Position numbers and translations under genes: made by a program. Of a stretch of 64,000 bases of DNA, positions 31,026-40,724 are shown one piece after another. This stretch comes from Bacillota bacterium (GTDB lineage: Bacteria > Bacillota > Sulfobacillia > JAJZYS01 > JAJYTV01). The DNA is taken from positions 36,287 to 100,286 of the forward strand of contig JAJYSJ010000010.1 in the NCBI GenBank assembly GCA_021793645.1. Direction: 5' to 3'. Below the pieces are notes generated by a model. It ran no database searches, had not been told where the DNA came from, and was given only the letters and a program-made list of their open reading frames with translations. Position 1 is the first letter of the stretch. Every line of letters starts with the position of its first letter.

Positions 31026-31404
31026 GGCCACCAAGCGGTGGTTTGCCGAGCAGCTGGAACGCTTCGGAGCAGCGCTGCGTTTCAACCCTGCGGACGTCTT
31101 GGACGACCTCGCATCGTTGGAGGCGGCCTTTCCATCGCCCGAGAGCTACAAGGTGGCGCTGGAGGAGGCCATTCACCAACTCCATGTGGTCGTGAGGCAG
31201 CAACCAGGCAAGGGCATGCGCGGGAGACTGAACGTATGGCGGCGGCACGCGTTTCAGAGCATGCCTGCCCGCGGCGGGAAGGCGGACCTGCGGATCGTCT
31301 ACAAGGCGAGCGACGGCTCCGAAGTCGAGTTGCTTGGGTTCGGACATCGCCACGTTCCTCGTGACATTTACCAGCGCTTGCGCTCCCGACACTCACCGTC
31401 GTGA
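31003..31404 (+). CDS. RelE/ParE-superfamily toxin
   Basis: GKGMRGRLNVWRR...DLRIVYK.....VELLGFGHR....DIY. Confidence 0.7.
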   Translation: MNEPAANEATKRWFAEQLERFGAALRFNPADVLDDLASLEAAFPSPESYKVALEEAIHQLHVVVRQQPGKGMRGRLNVWRRHAFQSMPARGGKADLRIVYKASDGSEVELLGFGHRHVPRDIYQRLRSRHSPS

Positions 31405-31442
31405 GGGATGAGTCATCCGACCCGCCTCGAACGACGCTGCGC

Positions 31443-31471
31443 TTGACTGCCACCGGGCGTTTCGCTAGAAT
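31443..31471 (+). promoter_or_regulatory. sigA promoter of tRNA operon
   Basis: TTGACT-N17-TAGAAT. Confidence 0.75.
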
Positions 31472-31489
31472 CTTCGTTGCAGGGTTTGT

Positions 31490-31565
31490 TCCTCGATAGC
31501 TCAATTGGTAGAGCACCCGGCTGTTAACCGGGTGGTTGCAGGTTCGAGTCCTGCTCGAGGAGCCA
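31490..31565 (+). tRNA. tRNA-Asn(GTT)
   Basis: cloverleaf TCCTCGA...CTGTTAA loop...GTTCGAGTC...TCGAGGAGCCA. Confidence 0.96.
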
Positions 31566-31585
31566 AATTTTTCGAGACCAATCAG

Positions 31586-31660
31586 GGGCCCATAGCTCAG
31601 CGGTAGAGCTGCCGGCTCATAACCGGTTGGTCGCATGTTCGAATCATGCTGGGCCCACCA
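31586..31660 (+). tRNA. tRNA with CAT anticodon, likely tRNA-Ile2 (lysidine)
   Basis: GGGCCCA acceptor, CTCATAA loop, encoded CCA; resembles Bacillota Ile2 rather than initiator Met. Confidence 0.9.
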
Positions 31661-31668
31661 AAAGTTTC

Positions 31669-31743
31669 GGGCGCGTAGCTCAGTGGTAGAGCGCTTGACT
31701 CACATTCAAGAGGTCGCAGGTTCGATACCTGCCGTGCCCACCA
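31669..31743 (+). tRNA. tRNA-Val(CAC)
   Basis: CTTGA-CTCACAT-TCAAG anticodon arm, GTTCGATAC T-loop, CCA end. Confidence 0.95.
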
Positions 31744-31749
31744 TCTTGT

Positions 31750-31784
31750 AACCCGCTTCCCGCAAGGGGTGCGGGTCTTTTGTT
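31750..31784 (+). terminator. intrinsic terminator after tRNA operon
   Basis: ACCCGC..CCC GCAA GGG..GCGGGT followed by CTTTTGTT. Confidence 0.7.
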
Positions 31785-32064
31785 ATGCCCTAGAGTTGCT
31801 CCGGAGCGGCAAAGGGTCCCCGAAGTGTGTCCCCCGAAGTCCGACAGATGTGCTGTGGCGACAGGCTGGTTAGGGGAGGATTCAAAGATGGCCATCGAGA
31901 GAATGAGATCAGCCGGTGGGAGGTAGAGCGACGGAGATTTTGGAACGCAACCAGAGCCCGTGCGCCGAAATGGGATCGATTCACGACCGCCCTCGAACAC
32001 GCTCAGGAAGCGGCGTCTTGTCGTTTGCTCAGCGTGCGCCCAAAGGATTTCTTTGTGGCTGACC

Positions 32065-32724
32065 TTACCGTAACAACTCGTCGAAGACCCCCGTCAGGTT
32101 GGGCGCCATGGCGTCAGGCTGAATGCCATTGGAGTTTTCTCCGCGACGGTTGATCCAGCAGGCCCGAAACCCGAGGCGCTGTGCCGTAGGGATGTCGTAG
32201 TGCAGTCCTGCTGCGACGTGGAGAACCTCCTTAGGCTCCGCGGCCGTCATCAGCAGAAATCTCTCCCAATGAGCGGGAGCAGGTTTGTAACTCCCCACGT
32301 CTTCGGCCGTAACGACGAGATCGAACTCCACCGGAAGCTGGGCGAGAGATCCCTGGATCAGATCGCGGTCCACGTTGGAGAGGATGGCAAGACTATGGCC
32401 GGCATCCTTAAGGGCGGTCAGCACAGCGGACACCTCCTGAAACGGCTTCCATGTGGGGAGGGCCTGAACTAAGATGTCCGCTGGCTGAGGCGACACGAGA
32501 CCATGGTTGCGAAACAGGGTGATGAGTGCTGTTTGCAGGATGGTGCGATACGGCTGCCAGGTCTCGGCTTCCAGTGCGTGCTCCACACGCTCGTAGTCCC
32601 GTGCTAGGCTCTCTATCTGTTCCGGTCGGAGACTTGGCGTAACGCGTGCGAGTGCCTCACGGATGCCTGTGTGCCAGTCGATCAAAGTTCCATAACAATC
32701 GAAGGTGATCCAGCGGTACGTCAT
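32065..32724 (-). CDS. HAD-family hydrolase (haloacid dehalogenase type II-like)
   Basis: TFDCYGTLIDW, LSNVD, YKP, HVA..L.YD. Confidence 0.88.
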   Translation of the reverse strand: MTYRWITFDCYGTLIDWHTGIREALARVTPSLRPEQIESLARDYERVEHALEAETWQPYRTILQTALITLFRNHGLVSPQPADILVQALPTWKPFQEVSAVLTALKDAGHSLAILSNVDRDLIQGSLAQLPVEFDLVVTAEDVGSYKPAPAHWERFLLMTAAEPKEVLHVAAGLHYDIPTAQRLGFRACWINRRGENSNGIQPDAMAPNLTGVFDELLR

Positions 32725-32947
32725 GCCGCCACAGCCTCCCTCCGACAAATGTCGGACTTCCTAGGGGTTCTACCGGCAACCGGTGAGTCCTTCCCAAGGT
32801 TGTGGAGGAATGGGGCTCTGCAAGCGCGGGTGTAAATCTTCCCCGAGCACGTACCGCCGGAGGGCCATCCAGAGGATGGACATCCCGAGTGGTAGGACTT
32901 CTCCATGCCCCCGCCGAACCTCCCGGCAGGTGAAGGGAGCGTCGCCG

Positions 32948-33262
32948 ATGGATCAAGAGTTGAAGGCGTACCTGGATGCGATGCGCCAGGACCTCACGGG
33001 TCAGATCACCGAGTCCCGCCAGCACGCGGAGCGGCTCAACACCGAGACCCGCAGGGCACTCACCGACCGCATGCTCGCGATGAGCACCGAAACGCGAGAG
33101 CATGCGGAGCACCTGCACACGGAAGCCCGCGTCTTGATCGAGGACGTGGGCACGAAGGTAGGACTCGTCTGGGAAGGCGTCCAAGCGATAAAAGAGACGC
33201 TTGATAGTAAGCTGGACGATCACGAGCATCGTATCCAGAGCCTTGAACGAAAGGCACTGTAG
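32948..33262 (+). CDS. small coiled-coil hypothetical protein
   Basis: MDQELKAYLDAMRQ...; internal ExR.HAE.L.TE.R repeat; RBS AAGGGAG. Confidence 0.6.
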   Translation: MDQELKAYLDAMRQDLTGQITESRQHAERLNTETRRALTDRMLAMSTETREHAEHLHTEARVLIEDVGTKVGLVWEGVQAIKETLDSKLDDHEHRIQSLERKAL

Positions 33263-33503
33263 CCATGCCCCGCCGCCCCCGCAATCCATCCGGCATCGTC
33301 CAGCCGCGACAAGCGAAAGCCGGCCGCCGCTGGCAGGATCGTGCAGTACCCTGATCCGGACAAGCCAGGTGTCCCGGCCCTCTGCCAGAGTGCTTAGGCT
33401 AGGATGTGCCGGTAACGGTGCGCAGGCGCAAGCTCTGGCTGAACCAACGTGCTTGCCAGCACGCCCTCAACGACCGACGATTGACTGACTAGATATTCAA
33501 AGG

Positions 33504-34136
33504 ATGAGGCCTGTGCCACGTTCCGAAGAGGCCAACCGGCAGATCCGCGACGTCCGCCGGGAGACGCTGCTCCAGGCAGCGGTCGAGATCTTTGGACGCA
33601 ATGGCTATGTCGGGACCAGGATCGACGACATCGCAGCCTTGGCCGGCATCAGCAAGGGCTTGGTCTACCATTACTTCCGCAGCAAGGAAGCACTTTTCAC
33701 GGCACTCGTCGAAGGAGCTGCAAACGGCACGGCGCGCCTCTTCCAAGGAGTCCGGGAGCTACCCGGCGACGTGGCCCACCGCCTTCGATGGCTGATTGAC
33801 CAGGAGGTCTCGGGGATGATGGGGGCCCCCTACAGATTTCTTGTGATCCTGCAGGCGCTGATCACAGAAGCTGCTCCGTACGAAGCGCGCAATGCCATCG
33901 TGGGCATGTTGGCCCAGGAGGAGGCCGCGATCGTGCCGTTGCTCGCTGAAGGGCAGCGAGATGATCAAATCGTTCGCGGCGATCCCTACCAGCTCTTCTT
34001 GTTGCTTCGATCGTGCGTGCAAGGGATGGCGGCTTCGATGGCGACGCAAGGCTTGCACTCCGGCTTCCCATCCGCCGAGAGCCTCTGGAAACTGTTCGTT
34101 ACGCCAGAGATGGCGGCGCGGGGCACCACTCGCTGA
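33504..34136 (+). CDS. TetR/AcrR family regulator
   Basis: LLQAAVEIF...GY.GT.IDDIA..AGISKGLVYHYF.SKE.LF. Confidence 0.92.
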   Translation: MRPVPRSEEANRQIRDVRRETLLQAAVEIFGRNGYVGTRIDDIAALAGISKGLVYHYFRSKEALFTALVEGAANGTARLFQGVRELPGDVAHRLRWLIDQEVSGMMGAPYRFLVILQALITEAAPYEARNAIVGMLAQEEAAIVPLLAEGQRDDQIVRGDPYQLFLLLRSCVQGMAASMATQGLHSGFPSAESLWKLFVTPEMAARGTTR

Positions 34137-34171
34137 TCAAGGATTCCGAGAGCTTTTTAGGGGATGGCCAA

Positions 34172-34756
34172 GTGTCCGGAGAGAAGCGGTTTGAGCGCTG
34201 GTCCTCATCGTACGAGCGGTCGCTGCTGCAAAGGCTTCTGTTTGATCGAGTTCATTGGGCGATCTTTCGAGCTACTGACGGAGTTACCGTGCCGCACACC
34301 ATCCTCGACGTCGGGTGTGGTACGGGTCGCCTGCTCAGGGAAGCGCACCGCAGATGGCCGGAAACCACGGTGATCGGGGTCGACCTCTCGGCAGGCATGA
34401 TCGAGCAAGCAAGGCAACTGGCGGCGTACGCAACGTTCTTCCTTGCGCCCGCCGAAGGTTTGCCCTTGCCGGCGGAGTCCGTCGACCTGGCCGTGAGCAC
34501 GATGTCTTTCCACCACTGGACGGATAAGGAGCAGGGCATCCGGGAGATCGTTCGGGTGCTCCGGCCAGGAGGCAGGTTCCTCCTCGCCGACCACGCAGCA
34601 CCACGCTGGCTGCGGCTGATCGGAGTTACGTCTGCTTTGAGTGCAGCCGAACGGTGTAGTGCTCTTGCGTCCTCGGGCTTGACAGTGATCGAGCAGAAAC
34701 CGATTCTCTCACCCTATCTCGTTTTGACGATTGGCCAGAAAGAGTCGAGAAGCTAG
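34172..34756 (+). CDS. class I SAM-dependent methyltransferase
   Basis: ILDVGCGTG, GVDLS..M, RVLRPGG. Confidence 0.88.
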   Translation: MSGEKRFERWSSSYERSLLQRLLFDRVHWAIFRATDGVTVPHTILDVGCGTGRLLREAHRRWPETTVIGVDLSAGMIEQARQLAAYATFFLAPAEGLPLPAESVDLAVSTMSFHHWTDKEQGIREIVRVLRPGGRFLLADHAAPRWLRLIGVTSALSAAERCSALASSGLTVIEQKPILSPYLVLTIGQKESRS

Positions 34757-34895
34757 CTCGCGGCAGACAACGCTGGGACCCGGTTGCGAACGGGATGCAA
34801 ACTGGCGCGAGGGCGGAAGGGCGCTGGGTGGAGCCAGCGGTGAGGGTTTTGTGCTCCACCGTGATATCAGAATGCGAGAATGATATCATCCAACC

Positions 34896-35192
34896 ATGAA
34901 GCAGATACTTCTTCGCGTTCCCGAAAAGACTCACAGGAAACTTGCCGCTCGGGCGGTCCGGGCCGGTCGGAGCATCAACTCCGTGGCCAATGAGATTTTG
35001 GACGCAGCAGTCGATGCGGACTTAGGGGATCGCCGGGCACGGCTCCGCGCGCGTGCCGCAAGCTTGGGTATCCTCCGCACCTTGTCCGCACCCGCAGTGA
35101 CGCCCAATCGTCGCCGCCAGATCCTCGCGTCGACGTCGGGTATCGGTCCCATCATCGATGAGTATCTGGCAGCGGAGCGAGATCGGTTGTGA
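34896..35192 (+). CDS. RHH (Arc/HicB-like) antitoxin
   Basis: MKQILLRVPEKTHRKLAARA...GRSINS; overlaps the PIN gene. Confidence 0.8.
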   Translation: MKQILLRVPEKTHRKLAARAVRAGRSINSVANEILDAAVDADLGDRRARLRARAASLGILRTLSAPAVTPNRRRQILASTSGIGPIIDEYLAAERDRL

Positions 35193-35629
35193 TCGTCTAC
35201 GTCGATTCGTCCGTGCTGGCACGGGCGTACCTCACCGACGAACAAGGCCACCGAGAGGTCGCCCTGCTTCTCGACAACAGTGAGATCGGCCTCGTGACCG
35301 GTACCTGGACCAGAATCGAGGTGTCGGGCGCGATCGTCAGGGCTTCGGCCACAGGTCGCGTTGACCGAGCAGGTCTGCTCGAACTGCTTGACGGCGATCT
35401 GGGCGACGAGGGGCGCGTGGCGGTCGTGGCAGCTGATCAGGTAGAGATCGAAGCCAGAGCCCTGACGCTGGTCCGCGAACATGGGCTGAGAGCGATGGAT
35501 GCAAGGCATCTCGCGGTTGCTGTCCTTACTCTGCCGGATCTCGCCGAGCCCGAAGAGGAGACAGGGTTCGCCACGCGGGATCAGAAACAGGGAGAAGTCG
35601 CGCAAGCTCTCGGTTTCGTCCTAGTGTGA
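35189..35629 (+). CDS. VapC PIN toxin
   Basis: YVDSSVLARAY, IEV, LRAMDA.HLA, FATRD. Confidence 0.88.
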   Translation: MIVYVDSSVLARAYLTDEQGHREVALLLDNSEIGLVTGTWTRIEVSGAIVRASATGRVDRAGLLELLDGDLGDEGRVAVVAADQVEIEARALTLVREHGLRAMDARHLAVAVLTLPDLAEPEEETGFATRDQKQGEVAQALGFVLV

Positions 35630-35728
35630 GGGAGTGCAAGCAACAAACTCAGATTCAGAGAGGTCCCATGAGCCGCGGTAGCCTGATAGTGCTTCAGGTT
35701 GGTGCTGGGTTGACCACCTGATAAGCAG

Positions 35729-35756
35729 TCAAGAGGTCGCAGGTTCGATACCTGCC
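35729..35756 (+). repeat. att-like duplication from the tRNA-Val 3' half
   Basis: TCAAGAGGTCGCAGGTTCGATACCTGCC identical to 31706..31733. Confidence 0.9.
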
Positions 35757-35936
35757 ACGTCGAGCCCAGGAAGTGCGCGGGCGTGCCGTGCGCACCGAAA
35801 CGCTCCTTGGAGGTCGGGGCGAGGAGTGCGCTCTAGGCGATGGAGGGTAGCCATCAGCCATATAGTGCATTTCCCGACGGACTGGAGTTTCGGTTAACCG
35901 TTCAGGATCTGGAGTGGAGCGCCGGTATGCGGTCCA

Positions 35937-36896
35937 TTAGAACAGTCCGCGGAGTTGCTGGAGTGTTGCATTCCCGCCACTTATCGGGCAGATGACCCGC
36001 TTGCCCGCAAGTTCGTGCCGTTGACTCATCGCTGCAGCGACGGCCGCGGCGCCAGCCATCTCGGCAACCACATGTGCCGTCTCGAGGATCTGTCGCATCG
36101 CCTCTTCCATCTCGGCGTCCTGAACGAGCACCATCTCGTCGACGTAGCGCTTCGCCATTGAAAGCGGCAGATCGAATGCCTGCCGGGTCGCCAGTCCTTC
36201 TGCACGTGTATCCGCGCGCTGCGTCGACTCAGTGCGCCCCGACCGGAAGGAGCGGTAGAAGGCAGGGGCACCCTCGGCCTGCACGCCGACCACTCGGATC
36301 TGCGGATCGAGCGACTTCGCCACGAGTCCGGCGCCTGAGAGACCCGACCCGCCACCGACCGGGACGATCAGGACATCGGCATCGGGAACGGCCTCGAGCG
36401 CTTCGAGGTACAGCGTGGCGACCCCAGCGACGAGCAGCGGTTCGTTCATCGAATGGATATAGCGCCCGCCATCACGGCGAGCGGCTGCTTCGCACGCCTC
36501 GCGAGCCGCGTCGAAGTCCCGGCCGATCAACACGACCTCCGCTCCAAGCGCTTCCATCGAAGCCACCTTGAGAGGGTTCGCGCCCTCTGGCGCGTAGATT
36601 GAGGCAGGGAGCCCGAAAGTGCGGGCTGCGTAGGCCACCGACAGGCCGTGGTTCCCCGTCGAAGCGGCGAAGAGCCTTCGTCCCCGGAGATCGTCGAGTT
36701 CCGCTGCAACGAGGTTCAGGCCGCCGCGCACCTTGAAGGCACCGATCGGCTGAAGATTCTCAAGCTTCAAGTACAAGTCCATGCCGAGCGCCCGCGATAA
36801 CGCGGCGGGGCGGATGAGTGGCGTCGGCGTCAGGTATGGCGCGACGCGCCGACGTGCGAGCAGCACATCTCTAAATGTGGGAAGAAGCAGTTCCAA
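35937..36896 (-). CDS. PLP-dependent threonine/serine dehydratase family
   Basis: KLENLQPIGAFKVRG, STGNHG, VPVGGGSG, ISGGN. Confidence 0.9.
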   Translation of the reverse strand: MELLLPTFRDVLLARRRVAPYLTPTPLIRPAALSRALGMDLYLKLENLQPIGAFKVRGGLNLVAAELDDLRGRRLFAASTGNHGLSVAYAARTFGLPASIYAPEGANPLKVASMEALGAEVVLIGRDFDAAREACEAAARRDGGRYIHSMNEPLLVAGVATLYLEALEAVPDADVLIVPVGGGSGLSGAGLVAKSLDPQIRVVGVQAEGAPAFYRSFRSGRTESTQRADTRAEGLATRQAFDLPLSMAKRYVDEMVLVQDAEMEEAMRQILETAHVVAEMAGAAAVAAAMSQRHELAGKRVICPISGGNATLQQLRGLF

Positions 36897-37531
36897 CGTT
36901 AAGGCCCCCCGGCGTCGCAGCATTCGACTTGCAGACAGTTTCCTGGCTGAGCGCAGAATCCCTGTGTACGCCCTCGGTTTCAGCGGGCAAATCGCAGTGA
37001 GGCTGCGGGGGGATGCGACGTGTCGGTCGATGAGGCGGACGCCTCGACTCGCAATTGCCGAGAAGGCGGCACGCTGCGCCGCGAGGCGTCCCGTCCGCAG
37101 GCTTTCACCGCGCACACGCAGACCGTCACCCGCGCCCTTGGGCCCATCCGACTCAAGGCACCTGCACCTTGAGCGAGTCCTCGGCCGCGTGGTCAAACGG
37201 ACACGAGCGCATCCCGGCATGCCAGAGCGTGACATCTCGGCATGGCGAAGCGGTGCCGGCCTCGCGCTAGCGACCATCAAGAACCGCCCGGCGTTCCTGT
37301 CAGCTTTCACGAGATGGGTAACGGAGCGCCGGCCCCCGCTGATCACACATGGAGGTCCCATCGGCGCAAACGCGGGCATCGCGTGAGGTCGCGACGCCCG
37401 CGCTCTTCGTCCGGCTCGGCATGCACCGCCAGCCGACCGGCGTCCCTACAGCCCTCACGGACGCGCAGATGGGTCGTCTACCGTGGGTGGAGATTGGCGG
37501 CTTGCGGAACCATCGTTTGTTTCAGTGGTAC

Positions 37532-38937
37532 TCAGTGCCGGCTTCGGAGGTCCCGAACGGTTGCCGCAATTCGGCGGCCGCCTTCACGAATTTGCCGCTC
37601 CGAAAGGCGCGCGAATCCCAAGATGAGACCTGGGGCCGCATGGCCCGCCTCCCAGCGGAGACCGACCCCGCGCGCCATGGCATTTGCCACGAGCGCGTCC
37701 GGATCGATGTCTTGCGCGATGGGGCAGAAGAGGTGCAGCCCCTGCCGGGCTTCGGGCAGGGCGAGCGCAGGCGATGCCGGAGCCAGCGCCTCGAGAAGCA
37801 GCGCCGCCTTCGCCGCATACCGTCGGCGCATGCGGTAGATGTGGCGGTCGAAGTGGCCCTCTGTGAGAAATCGCGCCAAAACGAGCTGCGGCTCCACGGC
37901 GACGTGGCGGTCGGTGAGCCACTTGGCGCGCAGGAGGGCTCTACGAGTGCCTTCGGCGCGACGACGAAGCCCAGGCGCAGCGCCGGGAACAGCGACTTGG
38001 AGAACGTGCCGACATAGACGACGCGGCCCTGGCGGTCCAGGCTCTGCAGCGCTGGGACAGGACGGCACTGATAACGGAACTCGGCGTTGTAGTCGTCCTC
38101 CACGATCAACCCGCCCGCCTTCGCCGCGCGCTCGATCAAGGCAAGGCGACGCTGCAGCGAGAGGATGGCTCCGGTCGGGTACTGGTGTGATGGTGTGACG
38201 CAGGCGATGCGCCACTGTGCCGGCAGGAGATCCACGCGCAGTCCCTCGTTGTCGACCGGGATGGGTACGATCCGCCCGCCCGCCGCCGCGAAGGCGATTC
38301 GTGCGCCGGGGTAGGAGGGCTGCTCCAGGGCCACGGGATCACCTTGGCGCACGAGCAGCCGGGCGAGGAGATCGAGCGCCTGCTGCGCGCCGCTGACGAT
38401 GACGATCTGGTCCGGGTCGCAGGAGATGCCGCGGTGCACCGCGAGGTGTGCCGCGAGCGCCGCGCGGAGCTCCGCGCGACCACCGGGCTCCTGGTAGTCG
38501 AGGTCATCGGGCCCGATGCGCTGCCATAGCGCTGCCTGCAACCGGCGCCACTGCTGGAACGGGAACTCGTCGACAGCAGGCTGCGTCGAACGGAAGTCAT
38601 AGGGAAGGACGGGTCGAAACACGGGAGGGGGGAGGTTGCGCAGATGCTCCGCCCAGGGAGTGAGGGAGAGGGAGACATCGGAGTCCTGGCCATCAGCCGA
38701 GTGCGTCGCAAGGTCCGGGCGGACACGGGTCGCGGAGCCCGGGCTGGAGACGAGATAACCTTCGGCCGCCAGTCGCTCCCACGCCGCGAGGACGGTGTTG
38801 CGGCTGATCCCTTTCTCGTGGGCGAGCATGCGTGACGAGGGAAGTCGCTCTCCAGGCCTCAGCCGCCCCTCGAGGATGGCCTCCTTCAACTGACGGTAGA
38901 GGGTGTCCGAGAGAGACGTCTCAGGGATGTGCGTCAT
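37532..38937 (-). pseudogene. MocR/GabR (GntR-PLP) regulator, frameshifted near 37940
   Basis: LPSSR.LA..GISRNTV wHTH, EDDY, GTFSKSLFPALRLG; C-terminus continues in another frame. Confidence 0.85.
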
Positions 38938-38956
38938 GTGTCAATCTCCTTGGCGA

Positions 38957-39005
38957 AACTGGTACCACCAGCCTCGCACGAAGTGGCACTAGCGCGGTAC
39001 CACCT
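38957..39005. promoter_or_regulatory. putative MocR operator between divergent genes
   Basis: repeated GGTACCACC and AACTGG/AAGTGG motifs. Confidence 0.45.
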
Positions 39006-39084
39006 ATCCCCTTAACGTAAAGGGCAGGCGGGTAGCGGCGCTAGGATATCCGCGTCGCAACGCCCGGACGAAGGAGGGGCCTGC

Positions 39085-39702
39085 GTGTACATTCCGGAAT
39101 TCGCGCGCATGGAAGACGTCGAAGAGCAACGCGACTTCCTCAGGCGGCAGAGCTTTGGCATTCTCTTCTCCTGGGCGTCGGACACCCAGCCGTGGGTGTC
39201 CCATCTGCCGATGCTGCTGCGCGAGGACGTCGGCACTATGGGCGTGCTCACCGGGCACATGGCCGTAGTGAACCAGCAGTGGCGAGATCTCGACAATCAT
39301 CCGGTGCTGGCCGTATTCCCGGGTCCCCATGCCTACATCTCGCCGAACTGGTACGAAGTGATGACCGTTCCCACCTGGAACTATGTCGCCGTGCACGTCT
39401 ATGGAACATTCCGCTTGACCGAAGGCGACGTTGCGCTGGCAGACATGGAAGACATGGTGCGTCTCTATGAACCAGACTCGCCCCTGCTCGATCTCCTGCA
39501 GGAGCCGGTGTACCAGGCCCACAGGAAAGGCGTCGCAGGGTTTCGGATCGAAGTGGAACGAATCGAGGGAAAGAAGAAGCTGAGCCAGAACAAGACACCT
39601 GCGACACGCACGCGCGTCATCGAGGCGCTGCGTTCCGATCGACGGGATGCAGCGCAGGAGGTTGCGGACTGGATGGAGCGCACGCTTCGGGAGGAGCGAT
39701 AA
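39085..39702 (+). CDS. FMN-binding PaiB-family negative regulator
   Basis: MYIP.F, SHLP, GPHAYISP.WY, VPTWNY.AVH, KLSQN. Confidence 0.9.
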   Translation: MYIPEFARMEDVEEQRDFLRRQSFGILFSWASDTQPWVSHLPMLLREDVGTMGVLTGHMAVVNQQWRDLDNHPVLAVFPGPHAYISPNWYEVMTVPTWNYVAVHVYGTFRLTEGDVALADMEDMVRLYEPDSPLLDLLQEPVYQAHRKGVAGFRIEVERIEGKKKLSQNKTPATRTRVIEALRSDRRDAAQEVADWMERTLREER

Positions 39703-40577
39703 TGGCGGAGCTTGCGGACAAAGTGGCCGTCGTCGGGCTGGGTGCGATGGGCGCGCGAATCGCGCGCCGGCTCCTCGACCGCGGCTACCGGGTCATCGTC
39801 TGGAACCGGTCTGTCGAGAAGGCGCAGGCGCTCGAGGGGGCAGGCGCGATCCGAGCGGAGGACCCGGCCCACGCGGCCCGTCTCGCGCAGGTGCTGATCA
39901 CGATGGTCTCCGATCCTGCCGCCCTGCGGGATGTGACCGCGGGTCCGCAGGGCATCGCTGCCGGCGCCGGGGAGGCGCTTACGGTCGTCGAGATGTCGAC
40001 CGTTGGGCCGGATGCCGTGTCGTGGCTGCGATCGGCCCTGCCGGCGTCCGCAGCCCTCCTGGACGCCCCGGTACTCGGCAGCGTTGCCGAGGTAGAGGCG
40101 GGGACGCTCCAGCTCTTTGTTGGTGGGGATGCTGCGTGCGCCGAGCGGCTCTGGCCGCTATTCATGTCCATCGGCAACCCAATGCGCGTAGGGGGACTCG
40201 GGAGCGGCGCCCGTGCCAAGCTTGTCGCGAATGCCGCGCTCTTCGGCGTGCTCGGCGCGCTGGGAGAATCGCTTGCCCTGGCGCAGGCGCTCGGGCTCCC
40301 GACCGACACCGCGTTTGACGTCCTCGCCAAGACGCCGCTTGGCGCGCAAGCAGAGCGCCGGCGTGCCGCGATCGAAAGCGGAGAATATCCGCAACGCTTT
40401 GCGCTGTCCTTGGCCCGCAAGGATACGGACCTGATTGCCGAGGCGGTCGGTCGGGGGACCCATCTGCCTGTGCTTGGGGCCGCGCGCAGCTGGTTGCACG
40501 CGGCCGAGAGTGCAGGCCTTGGAGAAAGCGACTACTCCGCGGTCCTCTCGCTGATCCTCTCAGGCGGGCGCGGGTAG
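39702..40577 (+). CDS. NAD(P)-dependent 3-hydroxyisobutyrate dehydrogenase-like oxidoreductase
   Basis: GLGAMG, WNRS, MSTV.P, DAPVLGS, AKLVAN. Confidence 0.9.
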   Translation: MAELADKVAVVGLGAMGARIARRLLDRGYRVIVWNRSVEKAQALEGAGAIRAEDPAHAARLAQVLITMVSDPAALRDVTAGPQGIAAGAGEALTVVEMSTVGPDAVSWLRSALPASAALLDAPVLGSVAEVEAGTLQLFVGGDAACAERLWPLFMSIGNPMRVGGLGSGARAKLVANAALFGVLGALGESLALAQALGLPTDTAFDVLAKTPLGAQAERRRAAIESGEYPQRFALSLARKDTDLIAEAVGRGTHLPVLGAARSWLHAAESAGLGESDYSAVLSLILSGGRG

Positions 40578-40724
40578 CGATGCTTGCACCAGCAACGGAG
40601 TCAAGTGCATAGCCAGATGCAGGTTATTTGGGCACGGGGGGAGAGCAGTGGCCGGGAACACACTGGTTGGCCACAGCGTGTAATCGGTCGATAGACATAT
40701 CGTGAGAAGGAGGGAAGGCTGGCC

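Noticed and set aside
35729-35760. Fourth tRNA gene
   Set aside because: Only the 3' anticodon-stem strand and T-arm are present, without D-arm or acceptor stem; better explained as an att duplication
36897-37520. 160-aa N-terminal extension of the dehydratase or a riboswitch
   Set aside because: The extension has non-protein-like composition and no recognisable riboswitch motif; homology starts at the TTG at 36896
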